Positions 1 through 10,521 of a stretch of DNA of 64,000 nucleotides are shown here, one piece after another. This DNA is from an uncultured Carnobacteriaceae bacterium (GTDB lineage Bacteria > Bacillota > Bacilli > Lactobacillales > Aerococcaceae), in the NCBI GenBank assembly GCA_963730595.1, contig CAVSSJ010000007.1:2580-66579 (forward strand), read 5' to 3'. The notes under the pieces are model-generated. The model was not told the DNA's origin. It saw nothing but the letters and a program-made list of their open reading frames with translations, and searched no databases. Position numbers and translations under genes: made by a program. Position 1 is the stretch's first letter. Each line of letters opens with the position of its first letter.

Positions 1-245
1 TTGCGCAAGCCTATCCAACGGCTGACACGCCACTTTCGCCGCAATTGCGTATGGCAGGTATTGTCTTAATTTCAGTATTGCCTTTAGCCGGCACACTCAT
101 CGCTTTAGCATTCATGAAATTCTATCCATTGAATAAAGAAGCGATGCAAGATGTTCAAGCAAAAATTTCAGCAATGAAAAATGTGGGACCAGGTAACGAT
201 GAAGAAAACGAAATGCCTGATGCAATCCCTGCATTTAATGACTAA
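1..245 (+). CDS. 3' end of an MFS sugar transporter (GPH/melibiose-permease-like), partial
   Basis: Final TM helix followed by 'FMKFYPLNKE...' tail typical of GPH family; runs in from window edge. Confidence 0.7.
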   Translation, partial: AQAYPTADTPLSPQLRMAGIVLISVLPLAGTLIALAFMKFYPLNKEAMQDVQAKISAMKNVGPGNDEENEMPDAIPAFND

Positions 246-330
246 AACGAAGAGCTTTTCATTTTAGCGGCTGCATAAATTATTTCCGATAAACTAGATA
301 CTTAATAAAAACTGCTTCATGCAGCAAAAA

Positions 331-368
331 GAAGATGATCCCGATAAGCTATCGGGGTCATCTTTTTC
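331..368 (+). terminator. Intrinsic terminator
   Basis: gatgatcccgata-agc-tatcggggtcatc hairpin followed by T-run. Confidence 0.75.
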
Positions 369-542
369 ATTTTTTCGGGTTGCGTTCTTTTTGTCATTTT
401 TCAAAGATTTGTGAAAGTTGGCTCGTCAATACTGGATAAGGGCGAACCTTCATCAAGGGATCCGTTTGCAAATAAGCTGATTAAGCAGGATAAGCCCACC
501 CCTCCAGGAAACGTGATTGTGTATCACTTTTCAGAATAAAAA

Positions 543-592
543 AGATAACGTTCACAAATCGTTAACAATAAAAAGGTTGTAAACGATTTTCT
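543..592 (+). promoter_or_regulatory. cre/LacI-type operator-like sites upstream of sugar transporter
   Basis: AGATAACGTTCACA and TGTAAACGATTTTC resemble TGWNANCGNTNWCA; a third copy TGATAACGATTTCT near 678. Confidence 0.5.
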
Positions 593-686
593 GCGATGGT
601 ATTATTTCTGTAGTTCTTACAACCCAGTTTTATTATTATATTACGAAAACTTATAATTGTAACTGAGTTTCATAATATGATAACGA

Positions 687-721
687 TTTCTTGTTTCTTG
701 TTTCTTGTTTCTTGTTTCTTG
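687..721 (+). repeat. Simple sequence repeat (TTTCTTG)x5
   Basis: Five perfect heptamer copies 45 bp upstream of the start codon at 766. Confidence 0.95.
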
Positions 722-765
722 TTTTTATTGGTGGGTTCTATTAAATATGAAGAGGTGTTGGAAAA

Positions 766-2220
766 ATGCAGAATGTAAGTAAAAATAAAGTAGTAAATGT
801 AAACGATAACACGAAAAATGTAAGGGAGTTTGGTCTGATCGACAAACTTGCTTACATGGCCGGAGACATGGCAAATGACTTGTTCTTCATCTTCTCAAGT
901 TCATTCTTGATGCTGTTCTACACGAAAGTATTGGGGATCAGCGGTGCAGTAGTCGGTACGCTGTTCTTGTCTGCAAGAATTGTGGATGCTTTTACCGATA
1001 TGGGGATGGGGCGTCTGGTCGATACGCTGAAACCTTCGAAAGATGGCCGCTTCAGAGTTTGGATCAAACGGGTTGCTCCTTTCGCCGTTGTTGCCGGCTT
1101 CCTGATGTTCTTATCGGTCGTGCAAAACTGGTCCATGTCTGCAAAAGTTATTTACATTTTTGTGACGTACCTATTCTGGGGCAGCATCTGCTACACAGCA
1201 ATCAATATCCCTTACGGTTCGATGGCATCCGTCATCAGCGAAAAACCTGAAGACCGTGCTTCCCTTTCCGTCTTCCGCAGTATGGGGGCCAGCATCGCCA
1301 GCATCTTCATTTCGTTCTTTGTTCCATTGTTTGTCTACAAAACCGATGCGACTGGCGCACAAGTTGTCATTCCGGAACGCTTCACAATCATCGCTGCCGT
1401 TTTTGCCGTCCTTGCTTTCTTGCTGTACCAATTCTGTTATCATTTCACTATTGAACGTGTGCAAATACCAGAAAAACCGGAGTCCGAAAAAGAATCTTTC
1501 GGCAAAGAAATGGCAACGATCGCAAAAGGCTTATCAACAAACCGCGCTTTAGGCGGAATCATCGCATCCGCTATCTTCTTGCTGTTGTCTATGCTTTTGG
1601 TAAATACGATGAATGCTTACCTTTACGCCGATTACTTCAAGAGTTCTAAAATGTTGGCCGTTGCCGGTATCCTGGGAACCGTCGGCACGTTGTTGCTAGC
1701 GCCTTTCGCGAACAAAATCGCTTCCCGCTTCGGCAAAAAGGAATCTGCAACAGTGGGTCTATTCTTCTCGGCGATTGTTTACGCTGTTTTATACTTCTTG
1801 CACACAGACAACGTCATGGTCTTCTTGCCGATGGCTTTCATAGCCAGCTTGGGCATGAACTATTTCAACATCGTCATCTGGGCTTTCATCACCGATATCA
1901 TCGATTATCAAGCTGTTAAAACAGGGAATGCCGACAGCGGTACCGTCTATGCTGTCTACTCATTCTCAAGAAAACTCGGCCAAGCTTTAGCGGGTGGTTT
2001 AGGTGGATTCGCTTTAGCGGCAATCGGCTACGTTTCTGCAGCAGCGACACAAGAAGCTGCTGTTTTGGACAAAGTCTACAACGTTGCTACACTTGTGCCA
2101 GCCATCGGCTATACAATGGTTGCGCTATGCTTGATGTTCATCTATCCGTTGACAAAAGCGAAAGTCGCAGAAAACGTCGCAATCTTGGCTGCACGTCGCG
2201 CTGCTGAAAATAAAGAGTAA
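766..2220 (+). CDS. MFS glycoside-pentoside-hexuronide:cation symporter
   Basis: 484 aa, about 12 TM, GPH motifs 'DAFTD-MG-LVD', 'GRFRVW', 'INIPYGSM'. Confidence 0.9.
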   Translation: MQNVSKNKVVNVNDNTKNVREFGLIDKLAYMAGDMANDLFFIFSSSFLMLFYTKVLGISGAVVGTLFLSARIVDAFTDMGMGRLVDTLKPSKDGRFRVWIKRVAPFAVVAGFLMFLSVVQNWSMSAKVIYIFVTYLFWGSICYTAINIPYGSMASVISEKPEDRASLSVFRSMGASIASIFISFFVPLFVYKTDATGAQVVIPERFTIIAAVFAVLAFLLYQFCYHFTIERVQIPEKPESEKESFGKEMATIAKGLSTNRALGGIIASAIFLLLSMLLVNTMNAYLYADYFKSSKMLAVAGILGTVGTLLLAPFANKIASRFGKKESATVGLFFSAIVYAVLYFLHTDNVMVFLPMAFIASLGMNYFNIVIWAFITDIIDYQAVKTGNADSGTVYAVYSFSRKLGQALAGGLGGFALAAIGYVSAAATQEAAVLDKVYNVATLVPAIGYTMVALCLMFIYPLTKAKVAENVAILAARRAAENKE

Positions 2221-2244
2221 TCGATTTTAACACGTAAAGTCATA

Positions 2245-2296
2245 AACAAGAAGGCTGCCTTTCTGGTTCTTATCAGAAAGGCAGCCTTCTTGTTTT
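2245..2296. terminator. Bidirectional intrinsic terminator
   Basis: aaacaagaaggctgcctttctg...cagaaaggcagccttcttgtttt between convergent genes. Confidence 0.85.
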
Positions 2297-2335
2297 GCTT
2301 GAGACTATCGCATAAGAGACTGCTGAACGAACCTT

Positions 2336-3622
2336 TCAGCCTTTTATTAGGTAGCGTATCAAAAGGAATCCGATGATAGCCATGACCAATGTTGCAACGC
2401 CGCCGATGATATTTCCCATTATGCGATTGGTATATTTCCCCATGACCTTTTTATTGTTCCCAATGAAGAGAATCAGTAACATCAGCGGAGGGGACATCAA
2501 ACCGTTGATGGCCGCAGAATAATACAAAGCCCTCATCGGATCAATGCCGATGAAATTGATTGTCAAGCCGATCAGCGTAGCAATGGTGATCACTCCGTAA
2601 AAACCGTGCGCTTCTTTTAACTTTTTCCCAAGTCCCGTTTCCCAACCGATAAATTCGGAAACGGCGTAGGATGAAGCCCCCGCCAAAACCGGTACGCCAA
2701 GGAGCCCGGTACCGATGATTCCAAGTGCAAACAACCAATAGGCGAAGTCTCCAGCCAGTGGACGAAGGGCTTGAGCGGCTTCCGTTGCGGTACTGATGGT
2801 GGTTATGCCTGAGGCGTGAAGGGTACCCGCAGTTGTGATGACAATCATGAAGGCGGATACTGTCGTGAAAATCATACCGAAAGCAGTATCAACTTTCATG
2901 CCTTTTACATCTTTGTCGTTGATGGAAGGCTTTCCCATACCGATCCCTTTTATTTTGTGTTCGACGATCTCCTTTTCGACCTCTTCATCCGCTTGCCAAA
3001 AAAACAGATAAGGTGAGATGGTAGTTCCTAAAAATGCCACCAGATTGAGCATATAGTCTTCGGAGAAATCGAAGGCCGGTATAAAGGTATGTTGCAGAAT
3101 CATCATCCAATCCTGGTGCACCATAAAAGCGGTAATATAGTAGGAGAATAAAGACAGCGTCAGCACCAACAGGAATTTCGAATAGTACTTGTAATCCAAA
3201 AAAATTTCAAGAATCAACGTAAGAGCGGTCATAAAAAGAATCCAAAAAATGAAAGGCATACCGAGAACCATCTGAGCCACGGCAGCCATTGCGCCTAAAT
3301 CCGCGCCGATATTGATGGTGTTAGCGATGAATAACAGGGAGATTGCCGTATAACTGACGCCTTTTGGATAGTTCTCTTTCAGGATTCCGGTCAACCCTTT
3401 TCCTGTCACCATTCCGATCCGTCCGCACATTTCCTGAATCGCAATGGCGAAGAGGCAGGAAATGGGGGTAAGCCATAATTGTTGAAATCCGAACATGGCG
3501 CCGGTTTGCGAGTAGGTGACGATTCCGGAAGGATCATCATCCGAAGCACCGGTGATGATGCCCGGGCCGAATTTTTTGAGATATTTTTTTAATTTTGAGA
3601 GGAATTTAGCCATGTCGCTCAC
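2336..3622 (-). CDS. NRAMP-family divalent metal (Mn/Fe) transporter
   Basis: 'GPGIITGASDDDPSGI', 'QEMCGRIG', 'GTTISPYLFFWQ' motifs. Confidence 0.88.
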   Translation of the reverse strand: MSDMAKFLSKLKKYLKKFGPGIITGASDDDPSGIVTYSQTGAMFGFQQLWLTPISCLFAIAIQEMCGRIGMVTGKGLTGILKENYPKGVSYTAISLLFIANTINIGADLGAMAAVAQMVLGMPFIFWILFMTALTLILEIFLDYKYYSKFLLVLTLSLFSYYITAFMVHQDWMMILQHTFIPAFDFSEDYMLNLVAFLGTTISPYLFFWQADEEVEKEIVEHKIKGIGMGKPSINDKDVKGMKVDTAFGMIFTTVSAFMIVITTAGTLHASGITTISTATEAAQALRPLAGDFAYWLFALGIIGTGLLGVPVLAGASSYAVSEFIGWETGLGKKLKEAHGFYGVITIATLIGLTINFIGIDPMRALYYSAAINGLMSPPLMLLILFIGNNKKVMGKYTNRIMGNIIGGVATLVMAIIGFLLIRYLIKG

Positions 3623-3916
3623 GCTTCCTTTTCGGGTTTTTCATTTTCCTCATCCTACAAGCTGGGATTTTGTTAGGGGAAATAGTGATAATGAGGGGCA
3701 TCCGATTTTTTGCGAGGTAACGGGGGTGACTGCTCCAGGATCGCTATGTAAAAAAATGCCTTTGGCGAACTGGTCCATGTATTGTTCCCTTATCCTAATC
3801 ATAACGGCTTCCTGCCTGACTGGCAAGGATCTGCCTCTTTTATAGGCCGCAAAAAAGCTGATGAGTCTCTGGTTTGATTTTCAGAAATCATCAGCTGATA
3901 GTGGTGTGCTGAGTGG

Positions 3917-5254
3917 CTACAGCAAAAAGGGTAAAAACAGCTTAGCCAGCCCCAAAAAGATGAAGAAACCGCCGACATCTGTTGTCGTGGTCAGGAAAAT
4001 GGATGAAGAGATGGCGGGGTCCAAATTCATCTTTGATAGGATCAACGGAATCAAAAAACCGAAAAAGCCGGCTATGATGAGGTTGCCGATCATAGCCACC
4101 AAGATTATGATCCCCAGGTAGATATTGTCATATTTTATGAATAAGATGAGTCCTGTTATCAAGCCGGTAGCCAAACCATTGATTAATCCTAAGGAAACTT
4201 CGTTGATCACAAATTTCCAGTCTTTTTTTATGTTGATTTCACCCAAGGCGATGCTTCTGATGACGACGGATAGTGTTTGTGAACCGGCGTTACCGCCCAT
4301 CCCGGCGACAATCGGCATGGCTGCTGCGAGGGCTACGACTTGAACGATGACATCCTCAAAAAGGCTGACCGTAAAAGATGCCAGGAAGGCTGTCATCAGA
4401 TTAATGAACAACCAAGGCAGTCTTCTCTGAACAGACATGCTTATGCTGTTCCCGACCTTTTCATCTTTGCTTACCCCTGACAGCATCAACAAGTCTTCTG
4501 TGTGTTCTTCGACGATGACATCGATGACATCATCGATGGTGATGATGCCCAGGATCGCATTTTTTCGGTTTACGACGGGGAGCACTTTCAAATCATATTT
4601 AGAAACGAGGAGAGAAACCTCTTCTTGGTCCGTTTCCGGATGAACACTGAGGACGTTTTCGTCCATTATTTCTTCAAGCTTCGTGTCTTCGGACGCGATC
4701 AATATATCGCGCAAATCCGCTTTGCCGACAAGTTCAGTGTGCTGATCGACGACGAAAATCGTTTCGATTATTTCAGTTCTTGGCCCGATGCGCCTTATTT
4801 CCTGCAAGGCATCCTTCATATTCAGCGTATTCTTCAGAGCGATGTACTGGGTGGTCATGATACCGCCGGCAGTGTCGGGGCCATATCCCAACAACATCTG
4901 AATATCTTTGGAATCACTGGCTTTCATCCGTTTCAGCAGATCTTTGCGCTGGCTGATATCAAGGATGCCAAGTATATCTGCAATATCGTCGGATGACATA
5001 TAGGAAAAGACGGTGACAATTTTGGCGGAATCAAGTAATCCGAGCATCTTTTGTTGCAGCTCTTCGTCAGATTCTTCTATTATATAAGCTATTTCTTTTG
5101 CATCAAGCAAAGCGGTGAATTGCGTCAGTTCATCATCCTCAAATTCAGATAATGCTGCGGCGATATCAATGGGATAGCTCTCTTCTAAAATGATTGATAA
5201 TTGTTGCCGATTGCTATCGGCGATGATATTCAGCAGCGATTCTCTCAATTCCAT
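3917..5254 (-). CDS. mgtE: Magnesium transporter MgtE
   Basis: N-domain, tandem CBS, 'RRLPWL', 'GMGGNAGSQ', 'TTTTDVGG'; start moved to the ATG after an AGGGGG RBS. Confidence 0.93.
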   Translation of the reverse strand: MELRESLLNIIADSNRQQLSIILEESYPIDIAAALSEFEDDELTQFTALLDAKEIAYIIEESDEELQQKMLGLLDSAKIVTVFSYMSSDDIADILGILDISQRKDLLKRMKASDSKDIQMLLGYGPDTAGGIMTTQYIALKNTLNMKDALQEIRRIGPRTEIIETIFVVDQHTELVGKADLRDILIASEDTKLEEIMDENVLSVHPETDQEEVSLLVSKYDLKVLPVVNRKNAILGIITIDDVIDVIVEEHTEDLLMLSGVSKDEKVGNSISMSVQRRLPWLFINLMTAFLASFTVSLFEDVIVQVVALAAAMPIVAGMGGNAGSQTLSVVIRSIALGEINIKKDWKFVINEVSLGLINGLATGLITGLILFIKYDNIYLGIIILVAMIGNLIIAGFFGFLIPLILSKMNLDPAISSSIFLTTTTDVGGFFIFLGLAKLFLPFLL

Positions 5255-5752
5255 GATCATACCCCCTGATTCTGAATGAAATTTAGGTAGGCGTAACGGA
5301 TAATTGAAAGGCGACAATATCCAATTTTTATTATTTTGAGTTAGGTGACTGCACAAATGGACCCGCCAATACAAAGGCTAGCCTGTACTGCGACAATCGT
5401 TCTGCGATTTGATTTTCGACAAAACAATAAATGCTGAAATTGTGTCCTTGGAAGATTATCGGCCATGCCCGTACTACTGTCGGTATCCATATACTTTCAC
5501 CCCTGTCGAATCGTATTATGAAGCGCTTTCTATTTTTAGTATATCCCTTGCCGGTGTTATAATCAATGTACAGACTAGTGTTTGGGTCATTAGATTGAAG
5601 TAAGTAGAAATTGAATTTTTTTGAGAAGTAGTGCACAATATAACTAAGGGTTATATTATTTTATATTCTAAAATGAGCCCATATAGCTTGTAGGTTCCGA
5701 AAAGATCGTTCGTTTCTACACAAAGACAGAAAAGGGTGTGGTGGTTTTCAGT

Positions 5753-6805
5753 ATGACAATTACTTTTAGAGAGTTTTTAGATATGATACTATCCAATCCG
5801 GCGTTGCTGATCATAGTAGTGTTGACGCTTGGGGTAGTATTGGTGAATGGCTGGACCGATGCGCCGAACGCCATAGCGACGTGCGTGTCCACGCGCTCGA
5901 TGAAGGCGGAAAGTGCTATTATTATGGCAGCTATCTTCAATTTTTTTGGCGTATTCGTCATGACGATCGTCAATGCAACGGTTGCACAGACGATTGCCAA
6001 TATGGTGGATTTCGGCGGTAATTCGAGCGATTCCATCGTCGCTCTGTGTGCGGCGCTCCTTGCGATTGTGATTTGGGCGACGGCCGCATGGTATTTCGGG
6101 ATTCCGACCAGCGAGAGCCATGCATTGATTGCCGGCATTTCCGGTGCGGCGATTGCTCTGCAAGGCGGGATTGGGGGTATCAATGGAGCCGAGTGGATCA
6201 AAGTCATATATGGGCTTGTGCTTTCCACGGGGCTAGGTTTTGGCTCGGGATACCTGATTGTGAAAGCGGTGACATTTATATGCAAAAACATGAAACGGCA
6301 AAACACGACAACGTTCTTTAAAAATGGCCAGATCGTTGGCGGAGCAGCGATGGCATTTATGCACGGCGCACAAGACGGCCAAAAATTCATGGGGATTTTC
6401 ATGCTGGGTATCTTCTTGAGCCAAGGAAACTCGGATGTAACCCATTTTGTGATTCCCGTTTGGCTGATGGTGCTCTGTTCCGCTGTCATGGCGCTCGGGA
6501 CTTCGATTGGCGGCTATAAAATCATCAAGACGGTCGGCATGGATATGGTCAAATTGGAAACCTATCAAGGCTTCAGTGCGGATCTGGCTGGTGCAGTCTG
6601 TTTGCTGGTTGCCTCGCTTCTGGGGTTGCCGGTAAGTACGACCCATACAAAAACGACGGCTATCATGGGTGTGGGGGCAGGCAACCGTCTGTCTTCCGTA
6701 AACTGGGCAACCGTAAAAGAAATGGTCTGGGCGTGGGTGTTGACTTTCCCTGGCTGTGGACTGGTGGGTTATGTGATGGCCTGGGTTTTCATGAGAATTT
6801 TTTAA
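5753..6805 (+). CDS. pit: Inorganic phosphate transporter, PiT family
   Basis: 'NGWTDAPNAIAT' and 'HGAQDGQK' signature motifs. Confidence 0.92.
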   Translation: MTITFREFLDMILSNPALLIIVVLTLGVVLVNGWTDAPNAIATCVSTRSMKAESAIIMAAIFNFFGVFVMTIVNATVAQTIANMVDFGGNSSDSIVALCAALLAIVIWATAAWYFGIPTSESHALIAGISGAAIALQGGIGGINGAEWIKVIYGLVLSTGLGFGSGYLIVKAVTFICKNMKRQNTTTFFKNGQIVGGAAMAFMHGAQDGQKFMGIFMLGIFLSQGNSDVTHFVIPVWLMVLCSAVMALGTSIGGYKIIKTVGMDMVKLETYQGFSADLAGAVCLLVASLLGLPVSTTHTKTTAIMGVGAGNRLSSVNWATVKEMVWAWVLTFPGCGLVGYVMAWVFMRIF

Positions 6806-6817
6806 GAGGGGAATTAT

Positions 6818-7447
6818 ATGTTTAAAAAAAAGAAGGATACGCTAAATTATTATGATGAATTCATCAAGGTTTCAGAATTAACGATCCAGTCGGCGCAATT
6901 TTTAAAGGAAGCCTTGATGGATTATCGCATCGACGAATTGAATGCAAAAGTGGATGAGATGCATGTGATCGAAAATCAAGCCGATCACCAAAAACATGCT
7001 TTGATCGCATACCTTTACAGCGATTTTTTGCCGCCCATCGGTAGGGAAGATATTGTTGCCTTAGCGAACGGTCTGGACAATACGGTTGATCTGATTGAGG
7101 ATGTCCTGATCCAGATCGAGATGTATCATCTTGAGAACATCACACCGGAAATGGCGGCGTTTCTGGATTTGGTCGAGAAGTGTGCCTATGATCTCAATCT
7201 TGCTTTCAAAGAATTCAAAAACTACAAGAAGTCGAAATCGATCCATGATATCATCATTCGGATCAATAAACATGAAAAAGAGGGCGATAAGTTATACATC
7301 CAAGCTGTTCGTGAATTATACAAGCAGACAGACGATGTGGTCGGTGTCATTGTCTTGACAAAAATATACGAAAAATTTGAAAGATGTTGTGATGCGTTTG
7401 AAGACATAGCGAATCTTATCGAGGAAGTTGTATTAAAAAACTCATAA
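6818..7447 (+). CDS. DUF47 (PhoU-like) phosphate transport regulator
   Basis: Repeated E-x3-D motifs ('ENQAD', 'EKEGD'), 'FLPPIGRED'; adjacent to pit. Confidence 0.9.
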   Translation: MFKKKKDTLNYYDEFIKVSELTIQSAQFLKEALMDYRIDELNAKVDEMHVIENQADHQKHALIAYLYSDFLPPIGREDIVALANGLDNTVDLIEDVLIQIEMYHLENITPEMAAFLDLVEKCAYDLNLAFKEFKNYKKSKSIHDIIIRINKHEKEGDKLYIQAVRELYKQTDDVVGVIVLTKIYEKFERCCDAFEDIANLIEEVVLKNS

Positions 7448-7710
7448 ACCAAAAGCTTAGGCCATGAATCAGGGAATTGATTGATGGCCGATTTTTGTTC
7501 GCTCGATAGCGCTAATGACAAAAGGAGCAGTTGGATGCTCGTTCGATGGGTTTGGTTAACGCTTACAAGATTAAGGTGGTAAAATGGATACAGAAGAATG
7601 ATTGCAAAAAAGGTAGTCGACTCAAGCCAATTCCAAAAAATGCTGCGGGCAGAAAATGAGTGAATCCAGGGCAATTGCAAAGAACTTGCGGATAAAGAGG
7701 AGGCTTCACG

Positions 7711-8936
7711 ATGAAAAGGGTACAACAAAAGCGGCGTTTGAAAGGTGCACTTATGGCTTTTATGACTTTATTGCTTCTGTCAGTGACCGTAACGGCGGCG
7801 AGGGTACTGGCAGTCGACGATTCTGCTGACGTACAGAGTATACAGACTCTGGATGAGGGCGAGACTATCAACGGGCCCGGATTTTTTGCGGGCAATCGCA
7901 TTGTGATCGATGGCACTGTCGAAGGGACGACATTTGCTTCCGGCACGGAAGTACGGATCAACGGAAACATAAATGGAGATCTTGTTTGTCGCCGCTCAAA
8001 GTATAACGATAAATGGAGCCGTTACAGGCAATATCTATGTTGCAGGACAAAATCTGGAATTGGGCGTACAAAGCGAAGGTGACGTATTCGCAGCAGGACA
8101 GAATATAACAATTAGCAAGGACGCTATCATCGGACGGGACTTATTTGCCGCTGGCGCCAGCATACTGCAGGAGGGAACAATAACGCGCGGATTGTTTGGC
8201 GGCGGGTCGGAAATCATCGTTGACGGTTTGGTTGGCGGGGACATGAATGTGCAGGCAGAAAAGCTGGAACTGCAGAACAATGCGGTGGTCGAGGGGAAAC
8301 TTTCGTACGCAAGCGCAAACGAGGCTGTTATTGCTACCGGATCGCAAATCAAGGGTCGTGACGGATTGGAAGAAAATCGAATCGATGACTGCTGAATCGA
8401 TGACTGCCAATCAAAACAAAATGGAAACCAATAGACCTTTCAGAATGGTGATGGGCTTTCTGTGGGGCATTGCAAGTGCATTGCTGATTTGGTTCTTGGT
8501 CAAGATATGGAGACCGAATTTTTGGACAAATACGGCCCGGCCGATTGCCGAGCTGCCGCTTAAGACCTTGGGTGTAGGCTTCTTGACGCTTGTTGTGACG
8601 CCGCTTTTGATCATTTTGGCGATGGTTACCGTGATCGGCATACCGTTAGGGATACTGATGGGGATTGTCTACTGGGTGGCCATGTACCTTTCCAAGATCA
8701 TTGTCGCAGTGTTCATCGGTCAATGGCTGGCAAAACGCTTCAAATGGCCAGAAATGCACAAGGGTGTCTGGTACGTGCTATTGGGTCTTGTCATCCTTGC
8801 TCTTTTAAACATGATTCCATTTGTGAATTTCATCGTCGGATTGCTGACTGTGGTGGCCGGATTGGGGGCGTTGATTCTTGCCCACTACAAAGCAAGCCCT
8901 GAAAACGCTCCGTCAAATCCAAATCCGAATTCTTAA
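7711..8936 (+). CDS. Membrane protein with signal peptide, beta-helix (polymer-forming/bactofilin-like) repeats and C-terminal TM bundle; two frameshifts in this sequence
   Basis: ORFs 7711-8082, 7973-8395 and 8247-8936 join into one protein with G-x-V-x-GD-x-F-AAG repeats if single bases near 7981 and 8357 are removed. Confidence 0.75.
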
Positions 8937-9116
8937 AGAATCTTCCTTTGAGATTGTAATTTTTCGAAAAATAACCATTGGATAGAAAATCCGGGTAAAG
9001 GAAGGTCTGAGACGGAATGTTCAGACCTCTTTCGCCTGGAAAGTTTTATTTATCAGTCTCATTCGGGAAATTAAAAACATAATTTCAACTTTCAGAATAA
9101 GCGAGGGGAGAAAATC

Positions 9117-10372
9117 ATGACTGCGGAAATTGGTGTGTTGAATGCAAACGGGCTGGTTTTGGCCGCCGATTCGGCATTGACGATGGGTAATATCGAGAAC
9201 TTTAAAATATTCAATTCCGGGAATAAGATTTTTACGTTAGGTTCAAATCACTCCGTTGGCATCATGATCTTTGGCAACATCGATTTTATGGGCATTCCTT
9301 GGGAAATCATCGTCAAAGGGTTTAAAAATAAAATAGGCGATAAATCGTTGGATGAGGTGCAGGATTATTGTACGGAGTTTTTTAATTACGTGGCAAATAT
9401 GGATGAAATCTATTCCCCCATTCAGAGCGAAATATTGATATTGGGTTATGCTGAAAGCGTAAAAAGCTTTTGGAAAACACAACCTTTGAAATGACATCCG
9501 AAAAATTTAATCTGAAGGATTATCAAGATGCCGTTCAGAGTAATATACCCGGATTATTAAAGGAAAGCGAAAAACTAAAGAGCATCACCAAGAAAATTAC
9601 GGTGAAAGCATTCACGGATGCCTACGGTTCTAAGATCGATGTTGTTTTTCAAGAGTTGTTCGACACCATTTTTTTAGGGATAGACATATATAACAAGGTT
9701 AAGCTGAGCCTGTACAAAATCGTAAGGAATTATTTTTACAGCGATAGTTACTTTCCGGAAATCTATACGGGACTGGTCATAGCCGGTTTTGGCGAACACG
9801 AAATCTTCCCAAGCTTATACCAATTTGACATAGCCGGTGTCGTCGACAGGGTCATCAAAAAAAGATTGAATGTGATTTCAGTCGTTTCCAACGAGGATGT
9901 CGAGGGGAAATGCTCATCGGCGATTGTCCCCTTTGCGCAACAGGATATGGTTCATCTGCTCATAAACGGGATAGCTACGGATCTCCAAAATGATTTAGCG
10001 GAGATTTTAAAACTCAGTTTCGACACCTTCATAAAGGAAGCGTCGACCAAACAGCTTTTTAAAAAATCCAATATGGATGAGATCAATAAGATCAGATCGG
10101 ATGTTGAAGCATCGATCTTCGAAGCCTTCGATGACGTGAAGAAACAGCGCTATACGGAACCTGTTTTGATGATCATCGATTCGATGCCGAAAGAAGAACT
10201 GGCCACACTGGCAGAAACGCTTGTGAATATGACAGCCTTCAAAAGGAGGATTTCCTTGTCGATGGAAACGGTCGGCGGGCCCGTGGATGTGCTGTTGATC
10301 ACAAAAGGTGACGGCACCGTCTGGGTAAAACGGAAGCATTACTTTGATCCGGACATCAATAGAAAGGATTGA
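9117..10372 (+). CDS. Ntn-hydrolase / proteasome-beta-like protein; frameshift near 9470
   Basis: Starts M-T-A-E-I-G-V...LAADSA-T...NKIF; internal 'TGLVIAGF'; C-terminal 'ETVGGPVDVLLITKGDG'. Confidence 0.65.
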
Positions 10373-10521
10373 AGAATCATCCCTTAATGCAGAGGACCCC
10401 AAAATAAGAAACGTGCGTTTTTATGGCACCCCTTTTAGGCAATCAGTCGGCAGGCTTGCTGGTCAGTTTCGCAGGGAACTGCCATTCGAAAATAATGGCG
10501 AAAAGTTGAGGAGGGGGGAGT

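Noticed and set aside
5255-5560. M-box (ykoK) riboswitch upstream of mgtE, and the N-terminal extension of the ORF to 5374
   Set aside because: Conserved M-box motifs were not found on the minus strand, and the RBS supports a start at 5254.
5716-6489. Long antisense ORFs (for example 5716-6489, 23415-24122, 32520-33257, 14806-15381)
   Set aside because: They lie opposite well-supported genes, have no recognisable motifs, and are expected shadow frames.
10385-10510. Lysine or other riboswitch upstream of the APC permease
   Set aside because: Only a short gccatt/aatggc hairpin and a lone AGAGG are present. The core motifs and a terminator are missing.
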